Positions 49,143 through 61,000 of a DNA stretch of 64,000 bases are shown here, piece after piece. The notes under the pieces are model-generated. The model saw nothing but the letters and a program-made list of their open reading frames with translations, searched no databases and was not told the origin of the DNA. The position numbers were made by a program, and so were the translations under genes. Origin of the DNA: Acidobacteriota bacterium (GTDB lineage: Bacteria > Acidobacteriota > Terriglobia > 20CM-2-55-15); assembly GCA_003222815.1 (NCBI GenBank), contig QHXC01000418.1:111-64110 (forward strand), in the 5' to 3' direction. Every line of letters starts with the position of its first letter. Position 1 is the first letter of the stretch.

Positions 49143-49441
49143 TTGAATCGCTCGTTCCGCCGAATCGCCCGGCAATTTGCGACCTCGATGGTAATGGTCG
49201 GTTTCGCAAAACCAACTATTCCTTCTGGAGTTCAGGGCACAACCGGTGTTTGAGCCGGCCTCGCAGCCTGCTGACTCAGTACCTGCCCGCTCGGCAACGT
49301 CACGGAAACGAAAAGTCCCACAAGGGCCACTATGCCCGTTCGGCCGATTCGTGACTTGCTCATCGTATCCTCCAAAATTTGTTCTTACTCTAGCAGTGCT
49401 CACTGAGCCGAATAAAACGAAGAATAACCCATCGCTGTCCC

Positions 49442-50299
49442 CTACGAAAGAGAGCTCCGCAAGGCGGATTCCTCAGCAGGACGGGCCCAGTGCGACAAGT
49501 TCGCGAGCCGATAACTCCCCTGCGTCACCATCACGGCGTAGCCTTCCTTCACCAATGCCCGGTTTCCGAGACCAGCATCCGGACGCGACAGGCCCGTAAC
49601 CCGCGCGAGCTCGCCCGGCACCGTGAGTCCGGCGCCGTCCAGAAAACATCGGGCAAGTTCGCGCAGCGCCGTTTGCCGATGGATCTTCCGCGCCAATTCT
49701 TTCGGGAAACGCTCTTCGGCCAGGCCCCAGAGGTAAGTGAACTTTGGTTGATAGACCACTTCGCTCGGCACAACGATCATTGAGGCCTGGAGTTCGTCAA
49801 TCGCACTCGTGAAGACTTTGCGATCCGTCACACCGGACTTGGCGCGCAGATCTGCCGTCGCCATCTCCCACTCCCTGCGCAACACGCGCAGTACGGCGAG
49901 AGCGTTGTTGCTCAAACGCGTCTTCTGCTCGCTTCGCGGCACTCCCCACAGCGCGTTGAAGTAGGGGATCATGCGAGGCGCGAGGAACATCGCTTTGCCG
50001 CGAGGCAGCTTGCCGTAGTAGACGCGTCCGCGACGCAGGATCTGGTCTTTCAGCATCCAGGTGTGGGAGGCTTCCGGGTCCTTCTGCACATTGCGCGGCA
50101 TAACGGCGTCGCGGCGTCCGCAGACGGCCACATAGAGGGACGGACCAGGTCGGCGCGAGTCTGTCAGGCAGGTCGTAAACCCAACACGTTCAATGAAGCG
50201 CTCTGCCTGCTCTGCGGTTTCCAAGCAACCGGCGCCTTCACGCTGCCAACGCGAGTCGCGGTACTCTTCGATTTCATCGGGAATCAGTGGTCTCCGCAT
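49442..50299 (-). CDS. Winged-helix (AlkZ/YcaQ-related) putative DNA-binding/repair protein
   Basis: [16 protein letters not shown]; tandem wHTH-like segments; family call is by recollection. Confidence 0.6.
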   Translation of the reverse strand: MRRPLIPDEIEEYRDSRWQREGAGCLETAEQAERFIERVGFTTCLTDSRRPGPSLYVAVCGRRDAVMPRNVQKDPEASHTWMLKDQILRRGRVYYGKLPRGKAMFLAPRMIPYFNALWGVPRSEQKTRLSNNALAVLRVLRREWEMATADLRAKSGVTDRKVFTSAIDELQASMIVVPSEVVYQPKFTYLWGLAEERFPKELARKIHRQTALRELARCFLDGAGLTVPGELARVTGLSRPDAGLGNRALVKEGYAVMVTQGSYRLANLSHWARPAEESALRSSLS

Positions 50300-50500
50300 G
50301 ACTCATTCCATAATGTGCGAGAGGAGACGCACATGTCGAACCGGCTGCGTGATCCAGGAGCGACGAGTCACAACGCAAGGAGCGAAGCGCGGCAGCTTGA
50401 GACAAGGTGTGAAGACGATGGGCAGTGAGGTCTTTTGAATTTCAGAGATCCTGATCTCGCCGGACAATTTGCAGCAAACGGGGAAAACAGAATGAGCCGG

Positions 50501-50530
50501 AATTCCCCTCCTTTGCCAAGGAGGGGAATT
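50501..50530. repeat. Perfect 13-bp palindromic hairpin (REP-like)
   Basis: AATTCCCCTCCTT-TGCC-AAGGAGGGGAATT. Confidence 0.75.
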
Positions 50531-50581
50531 TTCGCTTCGTATAGGTTCATCCTGAGTTAGTCCCGCTTCATGTCACCTACA

Positions 50582-52774
50582 TCACTTACATATCCAGCCG
50601 CCGATTCCCTGCCTCGTGTCATGGCAAGGCGCCACGCTTTCAGGCGCTTCGAGCGAATAGTAAACCTTGAAATTATCGCCCGCCTTTTTATTGAAGTTGT
50701 ACACGGCGATGGGATCCCGCGGCTCCGGATCGTTCGGTGACATCCGGTAGTTCATGGAAATCGCTGCCGGCGGATTTAGCGGGTCCACGGGCACATTCAG
50801 CGGCCCGAAGACGGAGTCGCGTATTACAGCTTTTTTGATGGGGATTCCCGCTTCAGCGCTGGCGCTGTAAACGGTCGCAATGACGGCCCCGATGTAATTT
50901 CGGAAATATCCATCCTCAACGGCTACGGAACCGTCGCCGCGTCCGGGTTCCGCGCTCCGGAAGTCCTGGTAGAAAGGACTCGAAATACCTGTTCGCATTC
51001 CTTGGACATCGGCTTTGCGAACAACGATAGTTTTGGAGACATAGTTAGACAGCCAGAGACCGGCCGGGCTTTCAACCTGACGCGCCAGGATCGAGGTGTC
51101 GCCACGAACCGTGACTCCATCAACGATCAGCTTGTCGGCCGGCGTGGCGGTCAGACCGTGACGCGAGGGATGCCACACACGCAGGTTCCTGACCGTTCCA
51201 TTCCACCCGAATGCGACGCCCGCCTGCATGGCGCCGTACGCTTCATTGTTGTTGAATTCAAGCACAGGGGCGCTTGTCGTATCGAGCGTTACAGTCTGGG
51301 GATCGCGACTCGTGTCGGCGCCCTTGAAGGCGGGAATGTGCACGACGTCGAGTGAACCCGCGGCGAGAGCGAAGCCGAAGGCGTCCGCATTTGCGGCCAC
51401 ATTGTTGCGAATGTAGTTGTTGGGGCCGCGGAACCAGAAGCCCGCGCCCTCACCGCCCGGATCGGGTCCGACGCCAAGATAGCCGCTACGGGGCGCGAAA
51501 TCGCCGGATCCTTCAATGCGCAACGCAAAATTGTGATCGAACACGTTGAAACTCTCGGTACCATCTTCAGTGACGATCCCGGCTCCGCGCGCATTGTACA
51601 CGACGTTGTCACGTATCAGCCCGTAATGACTGTTATGAATCGTGATACCCCACTTCGGCGCACTGTCGACGGAGTTGCCGATCAGCGTGAACTGGTAACC
51701 ACTGGAGGGCGTCTCCTTTGGACCGAAAGCGTGATGGAAGTGAATCGCGTACCGGCCGATCTGGTTGCTGCCGAACCGGACCAATCGTCCGTTCCTATCG
51801 AATTCGGAATTGTCGAGTACGCCCATCCGGGTCCGGCCCATATCACGGACTTCGACATATCGCAGATCGACGGTGGTGTGCGAAATGAAAATCATGTGGC
51901 CGCGAGTACCCGCCGGATTCTCAGACCGAATCACGACATTCCGGCTCACATTGCCCACATGCGGTAGAAACTCGAGTTTCCCGTCGGCATTTCGCGCGCC
52001 TTTGTGGGAATACCGAAGAGGCGCCGACAGCGTGACCTGAGTCGCTGAAATGGACGCAATTCGCAGCTGTTCGTCTTGCGGTTCATAATTCGCGCCACGT
52101 TCGTTTGTGCGCAGCTGGCGCGTGTCCGGGATCACAATTCGATCGCCGGTCATCCACCCGCTCACGGGATCACTCACCATGAGCATGGTGTCGCCAGCCA
52201 TAGGTTCCCGGGCCAATCGCACAAATGTCGGTGATTTCGCTGAACCGTGCATCGTGATTTTCCCAAGGCCTTCGATGCCGGTGCCGATTTGCGCGGGATC
52301 GATGTTCCTGTCAATGGCTTGATCGGCGATGACGATTTCGGCGGTGACATTCGACGCGATAGGCTTGGCGGCCGTCCCAATTTCCAGGTTTCCGTCCTCC
52401 ATCACCATCAGGTTGCCGACCCTGAGCCGGGTGTTTGCATCCGTTGCGAAACGCAGAGCGCCGTTCACCTCGATGCAATTCAGCCTGGCATCACTAACGG
52501 CATTGAAGGTCACAACGTGGCCGGCCTCGATCCGGACCTTGTCGTTTGTGCCGGGAATTTTCCCGGTCGACCAGATTTTCGAATCGGACCACGCGCCACT
52601 GCCGATGCTCCGCACCGTCGGATTTGCGCAGAAAAAGGGAACGCCCTGCGGTACACCGCTGACGGCGGGAGTGTGGTTGTGAACGTCCTGTGCAGTGCCT
52701 GACGTGGGCTGGAAAGCGACCGCGCCGGCTATGAGGCCAACGCTGAAAACGAAACGAAAGATCCGCGTTCGCAT
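50582..52774 (-). CDS. Secreted G8-domain protein with parallel beta-helix repeats
   Basis: SGAWSD..W, IEAGHVV, L.IGT..P, GRYAIHFH, EDGTE, G.GFW. Confidence 0.85.
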   Translation of the reverse strand: MRTRIFRFVFSVGLIAGAVAFQPTSGTAQDVHNHTPAVSGVPQGVPFFCANPTVRSIGSGAWSDSKIWSTGKIPGTNDKVRIEAGHVVTFNAVSDARLNCIEVNGALRFATDANTRLRVGNLMVMEDGNLEIGTAAKPIASNVTAEIVIADQAIDRNIDPAQIGTGIEGLGKITMHGSAKSPTFVRLAREPMAGDTMLMVSDPVSGWMTGDRIVIPDTRQLRTNERGANYEPQDEQLRIASISATQVTLSAPLRYSHKGARNADGKLEFLPHVGNVSRNVVIRSENPAGTRGHMIFISHTTVDLRYVEVRDMGRTRMGVLDNSEFDRNGRLVRFGSNQIGRYAIHFHHAFGPKETPSSGYQFTLIGNSVDSAPKWGITIHNSHYGLIRDNVVYNARGAGIVTEDGTESFNVFDHNFALRIEGSGDFAPRSGYLGVGPDPGGEGAGFWFRGPNNYIRNNVAANADAFGFALAAGSLDVVHIPAFKGADTSRDPQTVTLDTTSAPVLEFNNNEAYGAMQAGVAFGWNGTVRNLRVWHPSRHGLTATPADKLIVDGVTVRGDTSILARQVESPAGLWLSNYVSKTIVVRKADVQGMRTGISSPFYQDFRSAEPGRGDGSVAVEDGYFRNYIGAVIATVYSASAEAGIPIKKAVIRDSVFGPLNVPVDPLNPPAAISMNYRMSPNDPEPRDPIAVYNFNKKAGDNFKVYYSLEAPESVAPCHDTRQGIGGWICK

Positions 52775-52848
52775 GAGAGAACTCCTTCGTAGGAAATTGT
52801 GATGCTACAATGTCGCTTCGTACTATACATCGCATTAGGAGGTTGAGC

Positions 52849-53256
52849 GTGCGTCAATTTTTTCTGCGAATGTTTCTTTGCAGCATCCTGCTGGCAGTCG
52901 TCACCGGCATCGTCATAATGGCTCAGGGAAAGGGAAATCCGGAAGCCGCCAAGGTCAAGAATCCGGTGGCCGCGACGGCGGAGTCCATTGCCGCAGGAAA
53001 ACAGATTTATACGCGATACTGCGCAGTCTGCCACGGGACTAACGGTCAAGGCGGATCCGGCAGCGACATCAGTCCGCCGGCGCCGGATCTGACGGATGAG
53101 GAATGGAACCACGGATCGACGGACGGCGAGATCTTCGACGTCATCAAAAACGGCGTGCCGCCGGATCTCAATATGGGGCCGTGGAGGGACCGGATCAAGG
53201 ATCCGGATATTTGGAATGTTGTGAACTTTCTAAGGTCGATCGCGAAGAAGAAGTAA
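52849..53256 (+). CDS. Monoheme cytochrome c
   Basis: Signal peptide, CAVCH, GS.DGEIF..I..G, distal Met. Confidence 0.9.
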   Translation: MRQFFLRMFLCSILLAVVTGIVIMAQGKGNPEAAKVKNPVAATAESIAAGKQIYTRYCAVCHGTNGQGGSGSDISPPAPDLTDEEWNHGSTDGEIFDVIKNGVPPDLNMGPWRDRIKDPDIWNVVNFLRSIAKKK

Positions 53257-53427
53257 GGGTTATTGGGCTAGTGGGATCAGTTAGTCATTTGAATGTACAT
53301 ATGACGCCGCACATGGGACATTTAACATTCGACTTTGGCTCTGGCTCTCCCAAATGTCAAATGTGTGATGTCCTATGTACGACGTCACCTGTACTTGTCA
53401 AACGACCGACTGACCAAATGACACAAT
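53257..53427. repeat. Nested palindromic element between convergent genes
   Basis: Outer arms related to 31192-31275 (shared TACATATG and ACTTGTCAAAC); inner hairpin 53303-53386. Confidence 0.7.
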
Positions 53428-53442
53428 AGGTATTACATCAAC

Positions 53443-55626
53443 CTACTTCGCTAACGGATCCGGCCTCACCTGGAACTTCACCAGCTTGCTGGTGTTCCCC
53501 TTGCCACCCTCAGCGTGGAACGGTGCGCGCGTAGCAAAGGTTGTGTAAATGGCCTTTCCCTTCCAGCCGGCGCTGGGATCATCAATCCGGCCATCCATTC
53601 CTTTTCCATAGTACCCCATTGGATAGGGCACGCGGAAAGTCAGGAACTTGCCATCTATAAGCGCCAGGAGTCCTTCGGATTCATTCCCGGTTGCCATTGG
53701 AATATTCTTTCCGACACCCAGCATATCGAAGCGATCCACAAAGTTGTAATACGCCGAGTCCGCGCTGGCCGAATCGACGGCTCCTTGGTAGTTCGGTCCC
53801 GGATACGCGTAAAACGCCCAGCCTTCGGGGCACTGCTTACCGGTGGCGGTCGGGCCGTTCAGCGGGCCTTTGCATTTGCGACGGTCGAAGCTCGCGAGCT
53901 GACCACTGGACAGCGTCGTCCAGACGACTCCGTTGCTATCGACGTCCATGCCGCGGGGAGCAAACCCTTGACCGGATGCCTTCGGATCATTAAACGGCAC
54001 GTCGTAGATCTCCGACAGCGCTGTCGCTGGCGGGTTCTTCCCTAGGTCAAGACGAACGAGCGAACCGGGCATGCCCAAAACCGATCCCCAGACCACATTA
54101 TTTTCGACCGGGCTCGGAGCGACACCGTAAAACGGGGCATTGATCCGCTTGTCTTTGGTGGGATTGACCGGCTGATCGATTTCAACATAATCGTCGCGCT
54201 TGCCATTGCCGTTGGTGTCGAGGACGAACACGGTCCAGCCCTGCGCCTTTTGTTCATCACCGGTCTGATCGTAAATCTTCGTATTGAACCAGCCCTCGAC
54301 GGGACCGCCGCCAGTGAACCACAGCGTGCCGTTGTTGTCGAAATTCAAATGGTGCGTGCCGAAGCAGGTGTCGATCGTTATGACCTTCTCGGTTTTGGGA
54401 TCATACATCTGCATCTGCCGGCCGCTTTGTTTGATCGCGAATGCCTTTGCCGATGGATGGTTCGAGCCTTCCTGACAGAAGGGCGAAGTCTGATTTGGCC
54501 GGACTCGCGCCGCGATCCACACTCGGCTCTTTTCATCCATTGCGAAGCTGTGCGCGTTGGCATGGCTCGTCCAGATCACCTCGTCACCCCAATAAGGAGA
54601 TGGCGCCGCGGGTGGTGTGTCGGCTTCGCTGGGCGTCTTCGGATCGCGATAGGTAAGCGCGATCTGCGTTGCCCGGTTGGTCTTCGGGTCTACAACCGGC
54701 ATGTAATCGGCGCTGGCCTCGAGAGCTCCATAAATACGCCCGTTCGCATTGACTGTCGGGTTCCGCTTGTCGCTCGCGATTTCATCATGGAGATAGACCT
54801 TCGGATCGGCCCAATCCCACATCGTGACGACGACGTTACGTTCTTTGCCCTGCGGACGCGCGGGCTCAGCCGACGGCAACTCACCTTTAGCAATCCGGTC
54901 GCTCCAGTCTGCCCACATGGACAGCGCTCGAGCGCGCCCGACCTGAGTGAAGCGGTTGCTCATTCCGCCTCCGGCTTGCCCAGACTGGATGCGTCGATCC
55001 CACGCGTCGATCGACGAGTCGAATGTGCCGAGGGCTTTGGGAATTTCACGCGTCGCCTTATTGCCGATTTGATGACAGCCCGTGCAGCCGTCCGTATTGA
55101 CGATGTTGCGAATCCACTCGCCCTGACTCTTGATAGTTTCCGAAATCCCGTTACCTTTGTCCCCTGTTCCCGGGAAATCGCTCTTGCCTGGCAGCCGCAG
55201 CAACGCGAGCCAATACTGCGCGGGATAATAGGCCGCTGCGGCCTTCTTGTCCGGCGCCGGAACGGCCTTCAGATTCACCGTCTTGCCAGGCGCCGCCTTG
55301 ACCTTCGGGGAATCGACCAGTCCGTACCCACGGACCCACACATCATAATTTCCTTTTGGCAGGTCGGGCACAAGGTAGCGACCTTGATCGTCCGTCACCA
55401 CGCTTTTAATTAAACGGGTTGGCAGATCTCGAGTCTCTGCGATGACCCATACTCCCGCCTCCGGCCCACGTGGACCGGTTACCACTCCGCCTATATCGTC
55501 CTCGTCGATGCGGACCGCCGCTGCCCCAGCGGGGGCTTGTCGGGCGCGCATGCCAGTCATCGAGACTGTCAAAATCACCGCGGGGCCGACCACAATCATT
55601 CCCAGATACAGCACTCTCTTCGTCAT
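53443..55626 (-). CDS. Secreted carboxypeptidase-regulatory-like domain + heme c motif + beta-propeller protein
   Basis: GPEAGVWVIAET, VTDDQGRY, CTGCH, TCFGTHHL, FQVRPDPLA. Confidence 0.8.
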   Translation of the reverse strand: MTKRVLYLGMIVVGPAVILTVSMTGMRARQAPAGAAAVRIDEDDIGGVVTGPRGPEAGVWVIAETRDLPTRLIKSVVTDDQGRYLVPDLPKGNYDVWVRGYGLVDSPKVKAAPGKTVNLKAVPAPDKKAAAAYYPAQYWLALLRLPGKSDFPGTGDKGNGISETIKSQGEWIRNIVNTDGCTGCHQIGNKATREIPKALGTFDSSIDAWDRRIQSGQAGGGMSNRFTQVGRARALSMWADWSDRIAKGELPSAEPARPQGKERNVVVTMWDWADPKVYLHDEIASDKRNPTVNANGRIYGALEASADYMPVVDPKTNRATQIALTYRDPKTPSEADTPPAAPSPYWGDEVIWTSHANAHSFAMDEKSRVWIAARVRPNQTSPFCQEGSNHPSAKAFAIKQSGRQMQMYDPKTEKVITIDTCFGTHHLNFDNNGTLWFTGGGPVEGWFNTKIYDQTGDEQKAQGWTVFVLDTNGNGKRDDYVEIDQPVNPTKDKRINAPFYGVAPSPVENNVVWGSVLGMPGSLVRLDLGKNPPATALSEIYDVPFNDPKASGQGFAPRGMDVDSNGVVWTTLSSGQLASFDRRKCKGPLNGPTATGKQCPEGWAFYAYPGPNYQGAVDSASADSAYYNFVDRFDMLGVGKNIPMATGNESEGLLALIDGKFLTFRVPYPMGYYGKGMDGRIDDPSAGWKGKAIYTTFATRAPFHAEGGKGNTSKLVKFQVRPDPLAK

Positions 55627-55768
55627 GTTGTTTGACCTCCTTCGAGCACTCCGAGAGTTTCCTACCATCAGACCAGTACAGTCAATCTATTTGGAAAGGC
55701 GCGTAAACACTTTGTGAATTGCGCTCGCGTTTGGCATATTGCAAGGCGGCAGCGGAATTTATCCCGAA

Positions 55769-57382
55769 CTATTGATAGGTGAAGACGTAGACGGCGCCAG
55801 CCCCTAATGCCGAGTTGTCGTTCTGGTTTCCATTGATGCCCTTGGCGGCGCTGCCTTCGCCGCGGGCGCCGACGGCCATGAGCCTGCCGTCCTTGCTCAG
55901 GGCCATCGCGCTTCCAAACTCGTCGTACGCCTCGGCGTTCGAGGCCTTGACGTAAGCCTGCTGGGCCCAGGTACTGCCGGTACGAGTGAAGAGGTAGACG
56001 GCGCCAGCGTCCTCGGCCGCGTCGTCCGGTTGCCCATTGATGCCCCTGGCGCTTCCATTTTCGACTTGCGCGCCCACCGCCAGCGTATCGCCGTCGCCGC
56101 TAAGAGTCAGGCGGGAACCGAACCAATCTTCTTTACCCGGGTTCGAGGACTTGATGAACGCCTGCTGAGTCCAGGTAGTGCCGTTGCGAACAAAAACGTA
56201 CACCGCACCGCTGGAGTTATCCATAGGCTGGTCGTTGTCGCACACAGCAGGAGCGCCAGGAAAGACACCAGGCATCATGCAGTCTTCGTCGGCGGCGCCG
56301 CCCGCGATGGTGTTGCCGTCCTGACTGATCGCAATCGCGTATCCCAGTGAATCGCCGTTCTCGGCATTCGAGGCCTTGAGATAAGCCTGCTGCGACCACG
56401 TGGCACCGGTCCGCGTAAAAACGTATATCGCGCCTGAGCCACGCCTGCCCTTGTCCTGAACCCCGTTGATCTCTCTGGAGGAACCGTCTTCGTCGTAGGC
56501 GCTGGCCGCCAGCGTGTTGCCATCGGCGCTCAACCCCACGGAATAACCGAACAGGTCGGCGGCATCCGTGTTTGAGGTTTTGATATACGCCTGCTGGCTC
56601 CAGGTCGTGCCGGTCCGCGTGAAGACGTAAACGGCGCCGGACCCCGGCTGTGAGTTGTCGTTCTGGTCGCCGTTGATGCCCTTGGCACCGCTGTCCTCAC
56701 CGATGGCGCCCACCGCCAGCGTGTTGCCGTCAGCGCTCAAACCGATGGAGAAGCCGAACTGGTCTCCATCACCGAGTTGATCTCCGACTCCCGCCTCGCC
56801 TGTGTTCGAGGCTTTGATATACGCCTGTTGGCTCCAGGTGGCACCCGTGCGCGTGAAGACGTACACTGCTCCGGCCTGAGGAATGGAGTTATCGTTCTGG
56901 TCTCCATTAATGCCTTTAGCGGCACTGGCCTCATAATAGGCGGAGACGGCCAGAGTGTTCCCGTCCTGACTCAACGACACAACGTATCCGAATTTGTCGC
57001 TCTGTCCCGGATTGGACGCTTTGATATACGCTTGCTGGCTCCAGGCCTTGTTTCTACGCGTAAAGACGTAAACCGCGCCGGCGCTGTAGACCGAATTGTC
57101 GTTCTGGTCGCCGTTGATGCCTTTGGCCCCGCTGCTTTCATAAGGAGCGCCCACCGCCAGCGTGTTGCCATCACCGCTGAGAGCAACACCGTGTCCCTCC
57201 AGCGTGCCGCCGTTGCCGAAACGGTCACCCATCTCCGTGTTCGAGGCCTTGAGATAGGCAACCTGCCTCAATTGCGTAGAGGGCGGGGAGAAAGAAACCG
57301 AACGTGTTTGCGCGCTCGCAATGACAATGGTGCCGAGGACGGCCAGGCACAACAAAACACCCGAAAGCTTTCTGCCTTTCAT
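55769..57382 (-). CDS. FG-GAP/integrin-alpha-like repeat protein
   Basis: About 7 repeats of QQAY.KASN..D.FG.S..LS.DG.TLAVGA..GAVYVF. Confidence 0.9.
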   Translation of the reverse strand: MKGRKLSGVLLCLAVLGTIVIASAQTRSVSFSPPSTQLRQVAYLKASNTEMGDRFGNGGTLEGHGVALSGDGNTLAVGAPYESSGAKGINGDQNDNSVYSAGAVYVFTRRNKAWSQQAYIKASNPGQSDKFGYVVSLSQDGNTLAVSAYYEASAAKGINGDQNDNSIPQAGAVYVFTRTGATWSQQAYIKASNTGEAGVGDQLGDGDQFGFSIGLSADGNTLAVGAIGEDSGAKGINGDQNDNSQPGSGAVYVFTRTGTTWSQQAYIKTSNTDAADLFGYSVGLSADGNTLAASAYDEDGSSREINGVQDKGRRGSGAIYVFTRTGATWSQQAYLKASNAENGDSLGYAIAISQDGNTIAGGAADEDCMMPGVFPGAPAVCDNDQPMDNSSGAVYVFVRNGTTWTQQAFIKSSNPGKEDWFGSRLTLSGDGDTLAVGAQVENGSARGINGQPDDAAEDAGAVYLFTRTGSTWAQQAYVKASNAEAYDEFGSAMALSKDGRLMAVGARGEGSAAKGINGNQNDNSALGAGAVYVFTYQ

Positions 57383-57808
57383 TTACTTTCGCGGAGCCGC
57401 AGCCGGCAGCTCATAATTGTTCGTGCGGAAGAGTTCCTTGCCGCTATCGGTCATCACGATGTTGGCTTTCTCTGTCAAATTGATGTACGGCGCGCCACTC
57501 TTGACGCGCCGGCCGGTGATCGTGATTTTGTCTCCAAACTTCAGAGTGTTCTTCGTCCAACCGAAGTTCTTTGCCAGAGCGTTTCTTCCACCCATTTCTG
57601 CCTGCCACCGCACCTGTTGGCCCTTCTCATTGGGGATGTCGAGGACGATGATCGAATGCGGATCGACCAATTGCACCTCCACAACGGTTCCCGTCATCAC
57701 GATCACGTTTTCCTCGTAACGCCCCGCATCTCCGTGATGGGCGAAAAATGGAACCGGGGTCAGCAGACTTGCGGCGACCACAAACAACATGAGTACCTTG
57801 CTCTTCAT
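57383..57808 (-). CDS. Secreted DUF6152-like OB-fold protein
   Basis: Signal peptide ending AHH, TGTV.E, PHS, W..E. Confidence 0.7.
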   Translation of the reverse strand: MKSKVLMLFVVAASLLTPVPFFAHHGDAGRYEENVIVMTGTVVEVQLVDPHSIIVLDIPNEKGQQVRWQAEMGGRNALAKNFGWTKNTLKFGDKITITGRRVKSGAPYINLTEKANIVMTDSGKELFRTNNYELPAAAPRK

Positions 57809-58038
57809 ATGAAACGACACCTCCTGGCGTGAGTAATGTCACATGATTTTCTGTCGTGTGTCAAACACCCGCGTCGCTCCCCTTCGCCAATTCAAATGCT
57901 GCTGCAAGCCTGGTGCGCGCGCCGGGCTGCGCGAGCACGGAGTTCCCATCCACCGGTTGACATTCAAATCGTGACGGTGATACGTTCCCGCCAAAAAAAA
58001 GGCGTTGTATTTCAAATCATCGACCGGAGGAGGTCTAT

Positions 58039-61000
58039 ATGTATTCTTTGACATTCGGCATCCGTGAACTGCGGCGTAGCTCTGCCCCGAAGGTGGTTCT
58101 AGGTCTGTGCCTCTCAGTGTTTCTGATTTCTGTGCCAGTATTCTCGCAAGCGAATATGGGTCGTATTCTCGGAAGCATCACGGACTCATCCGGCGCGGTC
58201 ATCGGCGGCGCCAGGGTGACCGTCACGGATGTGGAGAGAGGCACATCACGGGTTCTGACCACAGACGAAGCCGGAGCGTACAACGCGCCCAGCCTTCTTC
58301 CCGGGACATACCTGATCCGGGCCGAGCTTACAGGCTTTAAGAGCATCGAGCGCCCGAATGTCGTGTTGGAGGTTGGTCGGGAACTCAAGATCGACTTCTC
58401 TCTCGAGCCCGGCGCGATTTCCGAAAAGGTTACCGTGACCGACGAGGTCCCGCTGGTGGAGACCACGACCGCAGTCCTGGGCGGCACGCTGCAACCTGGA
58501 ACGATCGCGGACTTGCCTTTGAATGGCAGGAATTTCATGAACCTGCTGCAACTGCGGCCCGGCGTGACGATCTACCCCGGCGGCGGCGCCTGGACACAGA
58601 CCACCAACGGCCTGCGTCCCGAGCACAACGTTTATATTCTGGACGGTATCACGGCCATGGAACCCCTGGGCGGCCAGAGCACCATCAATTCAGTCAGCCT
58701 CGCCGGCGACGCTGCTTCGCTGTTGGCGATCGACACTATCCAGGAGTTCACGACGCAGCAGAATCCCAAAGCAGAATTCGGTTGGAAGCCCGGCTCCGTC
58801 ACGAGCGTCGCGCTGAAGTCCGGTACCAACATGTGGCACGGGACGGGCAATTTTTTTGGACGCACCGACCGGACGGACGCGAGAAACCCATTTCTTGCCG
58901 GTGATCAGAAGCAGCAAATCAGCCTCAAGGAGTTTGGGGCCACGCTTGGTGGACCTCTCAAGAAGGATAAAGCGTTCTTCTTCTTTGCGTACGAAGGTCA
59001 GCGCTACACCGTAGGAAACCCGACGGTGTATACCTACCCCAGTCTGGATCCGAATGCGCTGCCGATCGCGGGAACCACGACAAGCCTCGTGAGGGCCTGT
59101 AATACGGTGAGGTCTGCGGGTACACCGCTGAGTGCGACCAGCCTGAAGACCTCGGGGCTCGATGCGAATTGTAATCGAACCTCCGGCTATTCCATTTTCG
59201 ATCTCCCGTCAGTGTTCGAACGCGCGAAAGACGCTAATGGCGCCGCCGGGGCCAATATTTCCGGAAGCCTCAACACCGAGTATTCCGTAGACGGCGGCCT
59301 GGCAAAAGTGGATCTCCATTTTGGGGATAAGAATACGGTCAACGGTAAGTATTACGTCGGCACGCACCGAGGATTGGTTGTTAACAGTCAAACCATCACT
59401 CAGCCTTACTGGCGGCCGAGCGATAATGCGTGGGTTTATTTTTCAGGAGCGCAGTGGGACTATGTCCCCAGTTCCTCCGTAGTCAATACGTTCCGATTTG
59501 GTTATAACCGGTTTTATCAATGGTTCGAAACATCGGATTGCGAGGGTTCGGGCAATGGCCAGCCCGACTACGGCATTCCCTTCGGCTACGGCACATCGAA
59601 ACCCGTCTGCGGGTTTACGAACATCACGCTGACCAACTTCTCCGGCAGCATCGGTTGCTGCTCCAGCTTCCCCAAGTACTATGGCCCGGATAACATCTTC
59701 GAGTTCATCGATAACGTTTCGTATTTGCGCGGACATCACACCTTCAAGATGGGAGGCGAGTCCCGCAGTACAAGCATCGGGCACGGAGGCACATTCAACC
59801 GCGGCCGTGGCCAGGTCACTTTCAGCACGCTGGAAAACTTCATGTCCGGGACGAGCAGCGGCAATGGACAGATTTTCATTGGCGACCCGCGCCGGCACGT
59901 CAGCGGACAGGCGATGGCAGCTTTCTTCCAGGATGACTGGCGCATCACACCGAGGCTGATGTTGAACCTTGGCGTGCGCTATGAGTACACCACGCCAATC
60001 ACGGAAGCCCACAACCAGTTTGCGAACTTTGACGCAGCCCGTGGCCTCTTGCAATTGGGAAAAAACACCGACCAGATGTGGAAGCCAGATAAAAACAACT
60101 TCGCGCCGCGCGTGGGTTTCGCCTGGGACGTGCAGGGCAATGGAAGGACCGTGGTGCGCGGAGGCGCCAACATCACTTACGTTACACCGGGCTGGTGGAT
60201 CTTCCTCTCCCAGCAAAACAACAACAACCCGTCCGTTGGTCTGGCCACCAACCCCAGCGGATTCCTGCTTTGTAAGGGTGCAGTGAACACGGCGGGTCCC
60301 GGTTGTGCGCCCGGTGTGGCAACCGACCCGACGATCGGCGACATCCGGTCCGCTGGTCTGCCGCTCCCGCCCGCGACAGTGACGGGTGGCGTGCAGGCGC
60401 CGGTGCCTGGGCAGCTCAACTGGAATCAGTCTGCTGCGGTATACGGAGGCAATATTTACCCTAGCTCCAGCGACACAAGTGTTCTGAAATGCGGGACCAA
60501 CCGGCTCTGCACCGTCCAGGCGACGAACCCAAATCTGAAAAACGCCTACGTCATGAGTTGGTCTCTGGGTATTCAGCATGCCATCACGCATAACATCTCA
60601 CTCGACCTCAGCTATGTCGGCAACCATGCCACGAAGTTGTTGGCTCTTGAATACACAAACACTCCGTCTCCAGGCGCCGGGTATTGTCTCGGCTTCACAC
60701 CGGCGCAGATCGCGGCAGTCGCGGCCGCCAGCCCGGCCACACCTTGCCCAACCGCGATCACCGTTTCGACCGGCACCAATGCTACGGCGATTCAGCTCTC
60801 AAGGCCGCTCAATGGCCAGTTTCCGTACTATTCGTACATCTACACCGTGTCGAATCCTCTGCATTCCAATTACAACGCAGCGCAGATGACGCTGACCCAG
60901 CGGGCCAGCCATGGTCTGTCCTACACCGTCGGCTTCACCTTCTCCCATGCCCTCGATCAGCAGACCGGTGAACGCGGCGGGCCCAATGGAACACCGGGAG

